The notes under the pieces are model-generated. The model did not search any database, had not been told where the DNA came from, and saw only the letters and a program-made list of their open reading frames with translations. 32,000 nt of DNA from an uncultured archaeon. GTDB lineage: Archaea; Iainarchaeota; Iainarchaeia; Iainarchaeales; DATDZZ01. Below are positions 12,801 through 18,598 of the stretch, piece by piece. The DNA lies in assembly GCA_964373795.1 (NCBI GenBank), contig CAYJVY010000005.1:37813-69812 (forward strand), in the 5' to 3' direction. The position numbers and the translations under genes are program-made. The first letter of the stretch is position 1. Each line of letters starts with the position of its first letter.

Positions 12801-13839
12801 TGAAATTCAAATAAGCATATTATTTGACAATGAATGGAGTTTATTTACTAATTCAGGTAATCCAAATGCAAGAATTGGGGTTACATTTAATCACTTACAG
12901 TTACCAAAACCTAATTCAGTGCTTTACTCAATGCCTTTAAATGGATTTGTTGGAAAAGAAGGCCAAACATTGAATAGACAAGGATATGGAACTCAATTTG
13001 ATGTAGTGCAAGATGAAGTAAAATTATCTGAAGGATTTGAAATAGTGAAAACCTTGAAAGATTCTTCTAGTAGTGCGTTAACAAAAGTTAAAGTGGAAAG
13101 GAAAAACGATTTACAGTCTTTAAACACTAATCCAAAGTTTAGAGGAAACTTGTTAACAATAAATAAAGTAAATGAAAACGTGAATGAATTGCTTTTCTCT
13201 CCAAATTATGCTACTCCTGTTTTAATGAAGTTTAATCAAGACAAAACTGAAAAGCCTTTCACAATGCATTACGGAGTAACAGAAGGAACTCAATTAGTTA
13301 ACACTGGAGCAAATTTAACTTACTGGAATGCAGCAGTTAACTGCTTTGACTTTGGAGGAGAACCTTTAGTGAAAAGATTCAAAGTTGCTCCTGACAGAGC
13401 TTCAAAACCAGAAGATGGATTGCCAAACCATGAAAACATTTATGCATTGCAATGGTTGAAAGCAGTTAAAGGAGGAAATATTTTCTTGCAAACAATTTAC
13501 TTTGTTCCAACAATAGGAAATTATAATTTAAAAGCAGTTTCACCTCTTTCAAATATTTTATTTTACTCTCCAGAAAAACCTACTGGCTCGCAAACAATTG
13601 AGTTAAGCGGAATTAGTGGAATGAATTTAAACAGTAAAGGCAGAACAGAAGTAGTTGATTCCTTGCAAGACATTTTTTCATTAGTTGAATCAGGAGATGT
13701 ATGCGTTGGAAACAATGGTGAAAGCTTTTACTGGAATTCTCAAAAGCTTTACACTTTTAAAAACCCTCAAGCAAACATTATAGATATTAATTCAATTGCA
13801 TTCGAAAAAGAACAAAGAAAAGAATGCATTCTAAATTAA
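6817..13839 (+). CDS. Giant surface protein (2340 aa), paralog of the upstream ORF. It has an N-terminal signal-anchor helix, CarboxypepD_reg/PEGA-like repeats, conserved Cys pairs, and an internal hydrophobic segment.
   Basis: The ORF is a 7.0-kb open frame starting 22 nt after the previous stop. The N-terminus 'KKILIAGVIAVIVLIAVAYFFVLPLL' is a single hydrophobic anchor. At least four beta-sandwich repeats are visible (GTIKISVKNK..., ATLEFEVTDK..., GRVLVTVKDED..., GVVSIKAVDAD...). Conserved islands are shared with the first giant ORF (see that entry). Confidence 0.92.
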   Translation: MPLNEESFMAPAPENKLLELLKEKKILIAGVIAVIVLIAVAYFFVLPLLSQKNSNVILSLKDQEGTILPSTTVSIKVNETVKNFSSDLKGLIPLTVPLNAKISVSAELDGFEKVNQSLTASNAEMSKTITFYKISKLLSKTIVLQNLAGEMINKEGKINFSCSNSKITAPQPIDTTTSGAIRVTPPEGCGDLIAEVIVKGFASKDSVKIVNATEVIELSAEKPKTGTIKISVKNKASEALNGITVKLFADSGVINSVISNTGIAEFNEVEVGEYFVLTESNPDYVSGRTEKFQVKENEVTEKNLVLEKERTATLEFEVTDKNSQAKISNAKVRIELQEKKFLEEKNSDKDGKVVFTLFDVGKFKVTVLHEEFLFDEKEIQVNKGENKEKISLEKLSPENSGRVLVTVKDEDNEVVENARVNILDAKTKFLYPLPKVYFTNAEGKVEFSGVKEGKYFVRVSKARTEADSKALNVSKRGITEYEIKMVIGEGVVSIKAVDADKAPVPNASAEFFDEKGKSLGKIDLGPEAERDFTTKADKKVFIRVSASGYSSYVTLLHEVIQNRKINVLAQLEKTIQGTKPSIDFIGLFNSTDSDKRIEKLEAGNAYIAKFQLKIPKGLKLKNAGVFVKTGEDSLVQNDNIFIKAINAPNSSKIRGTTFNEPKGYAIDSQNLTSENAKWVQIILQDPEEGIYNIAVELSVKIRTVPGERLSINYRAFAENDARETLRDPEDKELGLAENSANKEGLYANATILTYLEGQKEECTEEFCYGGVTLEESVSRLTLRQQPFEVFVFSENKLFFYLINNSAKDYLDPEIRFKSLDKAIKITSYKITDASAKQVSKNNQELFEFNEKLGNFSKNRAIKGEIDLQALDPEEKELKLQIVNKGNIVFEREIKFNAKVSNKLTIKSSPTFLPAFKKNVLNVELIDEQELGLSNTKVKFKLISPERIERFIGSELTDGLGKAVFKIGNLSPQSKLKIEVEKAGYQFTPVLVPVELDLVDITPSEVSLALESLGMRRKEKTVEALNKIDLPLQITDARLIGVFRQVDVTAMEGHLKNNVVGKILSPGIPEKIKPLIEVSISEGLQEDLESASYVGEILLVFSNKTIGKQWLKRIPFKLDLGLGGEINNAPCIFFDTSEKIEKTILQSSFEEKFTIVNRCKNTAGNSKLQNLKAKINWTGKDGPIGIVSLEVTETATQNKVFNPLIEGEEIIFAAPFRNESGLDSSSYSAILSFTPNEDTINKKAEFQVEFFGEALTDQGKEIIRSKPTPLTVKLLNTNLQNCIKFDTEEQRGRVLLKPDANEAIFKVDSSECKNVELELKICGGDSDKCRGNAVDGGIKVAPWSYGKILEKEVSFKVSRPTVEFVPGIYGIEVFARPVQKSGGTPPWQLIGVIDAILDVKKEDTDKYLNLEKYEFTLVNPTKKDETALFNERLMENVDVTADYCAWDKAKRYANTFVKIGEWFDELNESPTGWIMFIAEIGIAAIVIDVVLDLLDQIFGTDWADGFSKILGKLEILDDCEDRDHTGTLQDYVLNLVENGGSTKLVSLEGRVKSKPVIGPAGEARISRPNDFPLEKLGIELENKSLEEGLIHYDILEISGTEHVRGARPYSGGAHLKCRDGFGPFNVRGACGGYSTRTKTEKFHVRINTISPTPKLREIRLNEISCIGDGKQGKTGKDALPKVKLNWSWDEKTQNGISINECDANNEKAVYCDATQFSIMFAKRLNAISDFLEKNKNNLTCPTDSTSKTEEKNNSKKESKPVFLTKEKFGATEFETIFKGVENNLIVRVKYENDLKQKIDLNAVITLNKLIIEAGEEREVSKCKKDLSVNSKDFGVIECQFNDLAKDEYFVSLSTESQNKADLDDWNPKENIIVISEPTRLQGCWLPKTTAPLGGEPTLIKFLENSSNITYTADINSKEQLTNMLHFNALLMRDGFSSDFRQDFVNYYKNQSFMNAYPWFFNNTGGRNIEKYFSDQDRMRFSRKYTPSNKLDKPGIYEIQISILFDNEWSLFTNSGNPNARIGVTFNHLQLPKPNSVLYSMPLNGFVGKEGQTLNRQGYGTQFDVVQDEVKLSEGFEIVKTLKDSSSSALTKVKVERKNDLQSLNTNPKFRGNLLTINKVNENVNELLFSPNYATPVLMKFNQDKTEKPFTMHYGVTEGTQLVNTGANLTYWNAAVNCFDFGGEPLVKRFKVAPDRASKPEDGLPNHENIYALQWLKAVKGGNIFLQTIYFVPTIGNYNLKAVSPLSNILFYSPEKPTGSQTIELSGISGMNLNSKGRTEVVDSLQDIFSLVESGDVCVGNNGESFYWNSQKLYTFKNPQANIIDINSIAFEKEQRKECILN

Positions 13840-13846
13840 ACTTTAC

Positions 13847-14242
13847 TCAAAACTTTATTCTTTTTATTTCAGAAACCCTATCAAAATCAGAGTCATCTGA
13901 AGCAATTTCTTTAATTTCACGTTCCTTCATTATTGCTACATGAAATGCATCTCTGGGTTTTAAGTTATATTTTTCAATAAAATCTAAAGCTGAAAAAGGA
14001 ATCATTGAATTTACTTCAATAATATCTGTATTAGGCAAAGAATAAATGTCTTGAATTGTTTCACGCAATAGAGAGTGTTTCTTGTTTTTAATGAGAACCC
14101 AAATTACTTCATCTAATACTAAAGCAGATGTTACTGCTTTTCTTCCTTGTATAATAGATTCTTGAAGTTTTCTTGCATTTCCACCTTTTTCAGTTAAATC
14201 AAAGTTTGCTAAAATAAAAAAATTTGCGTCTAAATAAATCAT
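13847..14242 (-). CDS. vapC: PIN-domain ribonuclease toxin (VapC family)
   Basis: The 131-aa product carries the PIN acidic signature: D5 in 'MIYLDAN', E in 'VLDEV', D in 'KPRDAFH', and 'SDDSDFD' near the C-terminus. It overlaps the upstream antitoxin gene by 4 nt, as is typical for toxin-antitoxin coupling. Confidence 0.85.
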   Translation of the reverse strand: MIYLDANFFILANFDLTEKGGNARKLQESIIQGRKAVTSALVLDEVIWVLIKNKKHSLLRETIQDIYSLPNTDIIEVNSMIPFSALDFIEKYNLKPRDAFHVAIMKEREIKEIASDDSDFDRVSEIKRIKF

Positions 14243-14490
14243 CTAAATTCCTCTTCATAAAGTTTGTCGCCATAAATCCATCCAAGTTTCTTAAGGTTTC
14301 CGCCATGCTTTTTTGCTCGTTCAGCCCATTTTTTAACTAAATCATCAGATACCAAAGGATGAATTTCAAGAATGTGTTCTTTAACTTCCATTAAAACATT
14401 TCCAGATTCTTTTATTCCAAGACTTTCTCTAATAATTTTTGGAATAACTACTTGCCCTTTTGGGCCAACTCTAGTTTTAAATCTAACCAT
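14239..14490 (-). CDS. vapB: AbrB/SpoVT-type antitoxin (VapB family)
   Basis: The 83-aa product has the N-terminal swapped-hairpin motif 'VGPKGQVVIPKIIRESLGIKESGNVLMEV'. It overlaps the PIN gene by 4 nt. A TATA-like 'tatatatagtgg' (minus-strand reading) lies about 20-30 nt upstream at 14511-14521. Two palindromic aacgtt hexamers at 14533-14538 and 14546-14551 could be an operator. Confidence 0.85.
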   Translation of the reverse strand: MVRFKTRVGPKGQVVIPKIIRESLGIKESGNVLMEVKEHILEIHPLVSDDLVKKWAERAKKHGGNLKKLGWIYGDKLYEEEFR

Positions 14491-14590
14491 AAGTATTACT
14501 TTGTAAAACCACTATATATACTTTTTGTGTTTAACGTTCTTAAAAAACGTTTAGAGGAAGATTTAAATAAAATAAGTGGAATAAATTAGT

Positions 14591-14956
14591 ATGCTTCAAT
14601 TAATGCCTTTATTATTTATTGGAGAATTTTTTTCAGATTTCACTTTAGTGTTAAAAATATTTGTTTTTCTTACAATTGTAAGCTTTGTTAAAAACCATGT
14701 AGGAAATAATGTTATTGCAATTGTAATAACTATTTTGTTTAGCTGGTATGCATTGTTTGTAGCATTTGCTTTTTTTGGAACAATTTACTTGCTTTACACG
14801 TTATTGTTGCTAGGAGTAAGCGGAATTGTAATTGATTTCTTTTTTGTTTCACAGTCAGCTGGACATCAAAACTTGCAAGATAATTCCCCTGTTTCAAGTG
14901 GATATGATATTGTTAAAAGACAAGTAGCATCTCGACAAGCAATGATGAGAAGGTAA
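14591..14956 (+). CDS. Small integral membrane protein (121 aa, about 3 predicted TM helices, basic C-terminal tail)
   Basis: Hydrophobic stretches include FTLVLKIFVFLTIVSFV, VIAIVITILFSWYALFVAFAFFGTIYLLYTLLLLGVSGIVIDFFFV. The TATA-like 'atttaaataaaa' lies at 14561-14572, about 20-30 nt upstream of the ATG. This is the first of five consecutive small membrane ORFs. Confidence 0.7.
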   Translation: MLQLMPLLFIGEFFSDFTLVLKIFVFLTIVSFVKNHVGNNVIAIVITILFSWYALFVAFAFFGTIYLLYTLLLLGVSGIVIDFFFVSQSAGHQNLQDNSPVSSGYDIVKRQVASRQAMMRR

Positions 14957-14963
14957 AAAAATT

Positions 14964-15308
14964 ATGAATGAAAAAGGTTTTGTTCCTCCAATGATTTTAT
15001 TAATTGTAGGCGCATTTTTAATAGTTTTAATTATTCCACCAATTTTGTTAACCTTGTTTCCCTTTGTTAGACTGATTTTCCAAATTGCAATGATTTTCAT
15101 GATTTACATTATGGTTAAAGGATATATTGGTGATGGCCCTTTAACTCTAATTATTTCAGGAATACTAATCTATTTTTTAGTTTTCAAATACACTTTGCTT
15201 ACTTCAACTTTGTGGGTTTTTCAAACACTTTTAATGTATTCATTTTTTTCAATGGTTATATGGGGAGTTGGAACTCAAACACCTCGTTTTTTTCAAAAAA
15301 GGGCTTGA
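14964..15308 (+). CDS. Small integral membrane protein (114 aa, about 3-4 TM helices)
   Basis: It starts 7 nt after the previous stop, which suggests an operon. The sequence is almost entirely hydrophobic (MILLIVGAFLIVLIIPPILLTLFPF..., LTLIISGILIYFLVF..., LLMYSFFSMVIWGVG). Confidence 0.7.
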   Translation: MNEKGFVPPMILLIVGAFLIVLIIPPILLTLFPFVRLIFQIAMIFMIYIMVKGYIGDGPLTLIISGILIYFLVFKYTLLTSTLWVFQTLLMYSFFSMVIWGVGTQTPRFFQKRA

Positions 15309-15400
15309 AAACAATTCAATTAATGCCTTTAACCATTTAACATAAGGATTATAAATGAAAAAAATAATGAATATATTATTGAATTAAATTAGATGATTAA

Positions 15401-15661
15401 ATGGCTTCAGCTGCATACATTGCTTCGTTTTTTGACAACATATACATTGCATTACTTTTATTTATTTTAATTTGGATTTTCAGTTGGGCTAAAGGAGCTT
15501 TAGGCAGCCCAAAACTAGCTATTTTATTTGCATTAATAATTGTGTACTTAACTGTATACCAATTCCCTGAATTAGTGTGGATTGGAGTGGGATTGTTTTT
15601 GTTTGCAACATTTGGAAAAGACTTGCTTGCAAATGTTAACTTTCATCAAGGAAGAAGATAA
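15401..15661 (+). CDS. Small integral membrane protein (86 aa, about 3 TM helices)
   Basis: Hydrophobic segments are IYIALLLFILIWIFSW, LAILFALIIVYLTVY, VWIGVGLFLFATF. A TATA-like 'attataaatg' lies upstream. The overlapping frame 15582..15926 is the less likely reading. Confidence 0.65.
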   Translation: MASAAYIASFFDNIYIALLLFILIWIFSWAKGALGSPKLAILFALIIVYLTVYQFPELVWIGVGLFLFATFGKDLLANVNFHQGRR

Positions 15662-15663
15662 TT

Positions 15664-15975
15664 ATGGATGCATTTACTTTTTTAATGGCAATTGTTTTAA
15701 TTATTTTAGGAGTATCCTTTGGAGAAAAATGGATTGTGTTTGGAATAATTTTATTACTAATTTTAACTCAAAGATCAATTATTTTAAGTGTGTTATTAAT
15801 TTTTGCTGGAGCATTGATTTACATTATTCAAGCATTTGGTTTAAGTTATTTATGGCCAGTAGTAATTTTTGGATTAATTATTTTAGGTTTAATGTTTGGA
15901 ATTCAACCTCAAGAACAAGCTCCTGAAATGTGGAGTCCAGAAGGAGGAGGCGGAGGATTACTTGGCGGGATTTAA
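15664..15975 (+). CDS. Small integral membrane protein (103 aa, about 3 TM helices, Gly-rich C-terminus)
   Basis: It starts 2 nt after the previous stop. Hydrophobic segments are FTFLMAIVLIILGVSF, WIVFGIILLLILT, IILSVLLIFAGALIYIIQAF, WPVVIFGLIILGLMFG, and the tail is PEGGGGGLLGGI. Confidence 0.65.
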   Translation: MDAFTFLMAIVLIILGVSFGEKWIVFGIILLLILTQRSIILSVLLIFAGALIYIIQAFGLSYLWPVVIFGLIILGLMFGIQPQEQAPEMWSPEGGGGGLLGGI

Positions 15976-16305
15976 TTGAATTTAGTAGTACTTCTATTAC
16001 TTTTTTTAGCATTTCTTTACTTGATTTCAGTCAATGAAGTTTTTCTGGCAATTGTTCTTGCAATATTGGGAATTGTATTAATTCTTTTCCCAAAAGGAGT
16101 TCAAGAAGAAATAAAACTAGTAAGTGAAGCAAAAGGAAGTTATCCAGACAAAGAAATCTTTTTAGAAGCCGCGCATAACTTAAACAAGCATTTAATGAAT
16201 ATTGGAACTCCAAAACAAAGATATGGAGAAAAAAGCAATTTAACTGAATTAATGCCTGACAACATTAACTATTTTTTCAAGCAATTAAGAAAATTATTCA
16301 AGTAA
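15976..16305 (+). CDS. Small membrane-anchored protein (109 aa, about 2 N-terminal TM helices plus a soluble basic C-terminal domain), with a TTG start abutting the previous stop
   Basis: The TTG at 15976 immediately follows the TAA at 15973-15975. There is no in-frame ATG until late in the ORF. The N-terminus is LVVLLLLFLAFLYLISV / FLAIVLAILGIVLILF. The start-codon assignment is uncertain. Confidence 0.55.
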   Translation: MNLVVLLLLFLAFLYLISVNEVFLAIVLAILGIVLILFPKGVQEEIKLVSEAKGSYPDKEIFLEAAHNLNKHLMNIGTPKQRYGEKSNLTELMPDNINYFFKQLRKLFK

Positions 16306-16340
16306 GCTTTTCTTCCGACGTTTCGCTCGTCGAACGCGAC
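16305..16340 (+). repeat. Short GC-rich repeat copy A: terminal 'agcttttctt' plus a hairpin, homologous to the left end of copy D
   Basis: 'agcttttcttccgacgtttcgctcgtcgaacgcgac' compares with 27705-27740 'agcttttctttcgacgtttcgcgcgtcgaacgcaac', differing at only 3 positions. The hairpin has arms 16314-16320 and 16328-16334. The copy sits exactly between the stops of two convergent genes. Confidence 0.8.
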
Positions 16341-16342
16341 AT

Positions 16343-16858
16343 TTACAACTTGTTTAAAATTTGTCTTTCAGTTTCAAGCAAGTCTTTTAAAAGTTTTTCA
16401 ATGGATTGATTTGTTCCCTTCATTTCAGACAACTTTGATTCTAGCTCTAATATTCTTGACTCGAATTGCTTTAAATCAGTTGAACTACTTTTAAGCAACA
16501 TGCTTCGCAATTCATTTAATTGCTCTGATAAATGGTCAAGCATTACTTGAGTAGCTGCATGCTTTGAATCATCTACATCTGAAAACCTTGTAGGCCCTAA
16601 AGATTCTGGTTCTTCAGATTCTGTTTCTGCTTCTTCTGATTCAGTTTCAGGTTCTGATTCTAGTTCAGGTTCAGGAGTTGCCTTTATTGCAGGAGATTTA
16701 ACTCTAGTTTTTCCTCCGCCTTTAATTTCGCTTAAAATAGTTCTAGCATCTTTTTCAGTTAACCCAGAATCGAGTAATTCTTTAACAATTTCTTCTTCAC
16801 TTAAACCTGCATCCAATAAAATTTTTGCTTGCTTTAAAAAAATTTCTTTTCCAGGCAT
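16343..16858 (-). CDS. Hypothetical protein (171 aa): small helical N-domain, acidic Glu/Ser/Pro low-complexity linker, C-terminal coiled coil
   Basis: It is an ATG-started ORF. The N-terminus reads 'AKILLDAGLSEEEIVKELLDSGLTEKDARTILSEI', the linker 'TPEPELESEPETESEEAETESEEPES', and the C-terminus is heptad-like. I recognise no family. Confidence 0.65.
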   Translation of the reverse strand: MPGKEIFLKQAKILLDAGLSEEEIVKELLDSGLTEKDARTILSEIKGGGKTRVKSPAIKATPEPELESEPETESEEAETESEEPESLGPTRFSDVDDSKHAATQVMLDHLSEQLNELRSMLLKSSSTDLKQFESRILELESKLSEMKGTNQSIEKLLKDLLETERQILNKL

Positions 16859-16953
16859 TTAACTCACTCAAAGCATAATTTTATGCCGGTATTTGACAAC
16901 GGCGAAAGCTTAATTATTTATATTATTAACACTATATATAGTTTACTTTTGAT

Positions 16954-17070
16954 TCAGCCTCGCGGTCACGCGCCTTGAACGCGCAAGGTCTCGTGCGTCG
17001 ACACGAGGGCCTGCATAGGCCTTCAGCTTCGCCGGCTGATCGCTTCAGCTTCGCCTGATGAACGGTGGTG
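16954..17070 (+). repeat. GC-rich mosaic repeat copy B, a chain of at least 4 short hairpins
   Basis: Hairpins are cgcg/gtca/cgcg (16961-16972), ccttg/aacgcg/caagg (16973-16988), ctcgtg/cgtcga/cacgag (16990-17007) and ggcct/gcat/aggcc (17008-17021). These are followed by a direct duplication of 'cttcagcttcgcc' at 17021 and 17043. Copy B shares 'gtctcgtgcgtcga' and the core 'cagcttcgccggctg' with copy D, and 'cgccttga.cgcg' with copy C. Confidence 0.8.
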
Positions 17071-17078
17071 GAAAAAAA

Positions 17079-18587
17079 ATGCATTTATTTAATTTAAGAA
17101 ACGGTCCTTGGGAAATTCTTTTCGAAGGAACTCTTCATAGCCTTGAAACAGGAATTTACACTAATTCAAGAAAAGATTTTTTAATAATTATTTTAGACAA
17201 AGAAGGGCATGCAATTAAAGGCGCGTTAACCCAGTTTTACACTGTTTTTTTAGTTGAAGGAGAAATAGATTCATTAATTCAGGAAAAGGAAAGCATTGCG
17301 TTAATTAGAAGTGAAGGATTTGAAAAACACAAATTTCTTTTAATTCCAAGTTCATCTGAATACATTGCTTGGAAGGAAAAAGAATTCATTGAAAAAACAA
17401 GTCAAATGTTTAAAGAATTAGAAGAATTAAAAGAAAAAACAAAGGAAACAGCAAAAAAATTAAAATTAAATGCTGTAAGCTTGAATGAATGCAAAACAGA
17501 AGTAAAAGAAGGATTCTTAAATCAACCATTGCTTGCTCCGTTAATTTCTTCTCAATTAAAAGAAAAAGAAACATCAAATGAAATTAAAATAGAGAAATCT
17601 TTAAGTGGAGAAGTAATTCTTGGCTTGAATAGAGAAAATATTTTAATTTCAGAACCTTTTTCATTATTTAAAAAAACAATTGCTTCAGGAAATGAGGACT
17701 TGAATAGAATTCATTTACTTCATGTATTAATTGAAGGACTATTGCTTTCAAACATTGACTGCATTGCATTTGAATTTGAAGAAAAATTTAAAGGATTAGA
17801 TACTCCTACAAGCAAGTTAAATGAATTAAAAGCAAGCAAAATTGAAATAGAGCCAATAGGTTTTCCAGTGAAAAAATTTCAAGCAAAACAAGAAATAAAA
17901 GTTGACTTGAATTTATTAAAAGCTGAATCTTTAATGGATTTATTTGGAGTAACAGATAAAGAATTAATTGAATTTCTTGAAGCAAGGTTAAGAGAAAAAG
18001 AACACACAGATTTACAAGAATTCATTCAAACACTGAAAGAAAGCTTGCCTTCAACTGAAGTAAACCAGTATCAAATAAACAAAGTTATTAGAATATTCAA
18101 GTTAATTGACTCTAAATATCCTAGAATGCTTGGAGGCGCAAACCCAATTCAAGAAATCACTAAAAGCTGGTTAAAAGAAATAGGCAAAATATCAATAATT
18201 GATTTACAAGAAGTAAAAGATGAAAAAGAAAAACTTTTATTTATAACAAACATAGTTAAAGGAATTCTTGAATCGCAAAAAGAGATTACAATTAAAAGCA
18301 AGTTAAAGTTAATGCTTTTTATTCCAAATTCATTTGAATTAATTGGAAAAGAAAAAAACAATGAAATGAGTAAAGAATTAATTGAATTATTAATGCAAGC
18401 AGAAAAACATGGAATTGGATTTGTATTAGAAACAAATCAAAAAACTGATTTAAAAGACGAAGTAGTTGAACAAATGGAATCAGAATTAACCCTTGTTAGC
18501 GGAATTGATTTAGGAGTAAGCCTTCCAGGAAAAACTCATTACAGAATAAAAGTAAGGCCAACTCTTTCAAAACAAGTAGACGAATAA
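17079..18587 (+). CDS. Hypothetical protein (about 502 aa). It may have a HerA/FtsK-type (DUF87-like) P-loop NTPase fold with degenerate Walker A/B motifs.
   Basis: I prefer the ATG at 17079 (MHLFNLRNG...) over the track start at 17058, because 17058-17078 lies inside the GC-rich repeat. The layout resembles HerA/DUF87. 'EVILGLNRENILISEPFSLFKKTIASGNEDLNRIHLLHVLIEGLL' sits where GxxGSGKS would be. 'GKISIIDLQEVKDEKEKLLF' and 'KLMLFIPNSFELI' sit where hhhhDEAH would be. 'AEKHGIGFVLETNQKTDLKDEVVEQMESELTL' sits where EGRKyGvgl..sQrPs.l...vlsq would be. This is pattern recognition only. Coding status is solid; the family call is tentative. Confidence 0.6.
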   Translation: MHLFNLRNGPWEILFEGTLHSLETGIYTNSRKDFLIIILDKEGHAIKGALTQFYTVFLVEGEIDSLIQEKESIALIRSEGFEKHKFLLIPSSSEYIAWKEKEFIEKTSQMFKELEELKEKTKETAKKLKLNAVSLNECKTEVKEGFLNQPLLAPLISSQLKEKETSNEIKIEKSLSGEVILGLNRENILISEPFSLFKKTIASGNEDLNRIHLLHVLIEGLLLSNIDCIAFEFEEKFKGLDTPTSKLNELKASKIEIEPIGFPVKKFQAKQEIKVDLNLLKAESLMDLFGVTDKELIEFLEARLREKEHTDLQEFIQTLKESLPSTEVNQYQINKVIRIFKLIDSKYPRMLGGANPIQEITKSWLKEIGKISIIDLQEVKDEKEKLLFITNIVKGILESQKEITIKSKLKLMLFIPNSFELIGKEKNNEMSKELIELLMQAEKHGIGFVLETNQKTDLKDEVVEQMESELTLVSGIDLGVSLPGKTHYRIKVRPTLSKQVDE

Positions 18588-18598
18588 TGCCAAATGAA

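Noticed and set aside
722-13839. About 20 antisense or alternate-frame ORFs of 60-193 aa inside the two giant genes (for example 722..967, 4054..4308, 7953..8441, 11955..12536).
   Set aside because: All lie fully within the 6.8-7.0 kb forward ORFs. Their translations are low-complexity (Leu/Ser/Phe-rich), as expected from the complement of Lys/Glu/Asn-rich codons. They have no motifs and no independent start context.
6500-13839. A diversity-generating retroelement targeting the C-termini of the giant proteins.
   Set aside because: There is no reverse transcriptase gene in the window. I could find no template-repeat copy of either 3' region in the intergenic DNA.
13847-14490. The VapBC pair as evidence that the giant genes lie on a mobile island.
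   Set aside because: No integrase, transposase or flanking direct repeats were seen around the region, and no tRNA-adjacent att-like sites. Toxin-antitoxin pairs are scattered in many archaeal chromosomes, so this alone is not support for mobility.
14964-15040. A prepilin-like (class III) signal in the second small membrane protein: 'MNEKG|FVPPMILLIVGAF'.
   Set aside because: The protein has further transmembrane segments along its whole length, and no pilin-like globular domain follows. There is no PilB/PilC/prepilin peptidase in the window. The K-G-hydrophobic pattern is too weak on its own.
15582-15926. ORF 15582..15926 (+), which overlaps the third and fourth membrane genes in another frame. 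Also 14894..15100 (-) and 16031..16213 (-).
   Set aside because: The chosen frames give clean, tightly coupled transmembrane-helix proteins. The alternatives are Cys/Asn/Phe-rich with no hydrophobic periodicity and would break the operon-like packing.
18520-18545. A Walker-A-like match 'GVSLPGKT' (GxxxxGKT) in the 509-aa ORF.
   Set aside because: It lies only about 15-20 residues from the C-terminus, with no room for a downstream Walker B or sensor motifs. It is most likely a chance match and does not rescue ATPase function.
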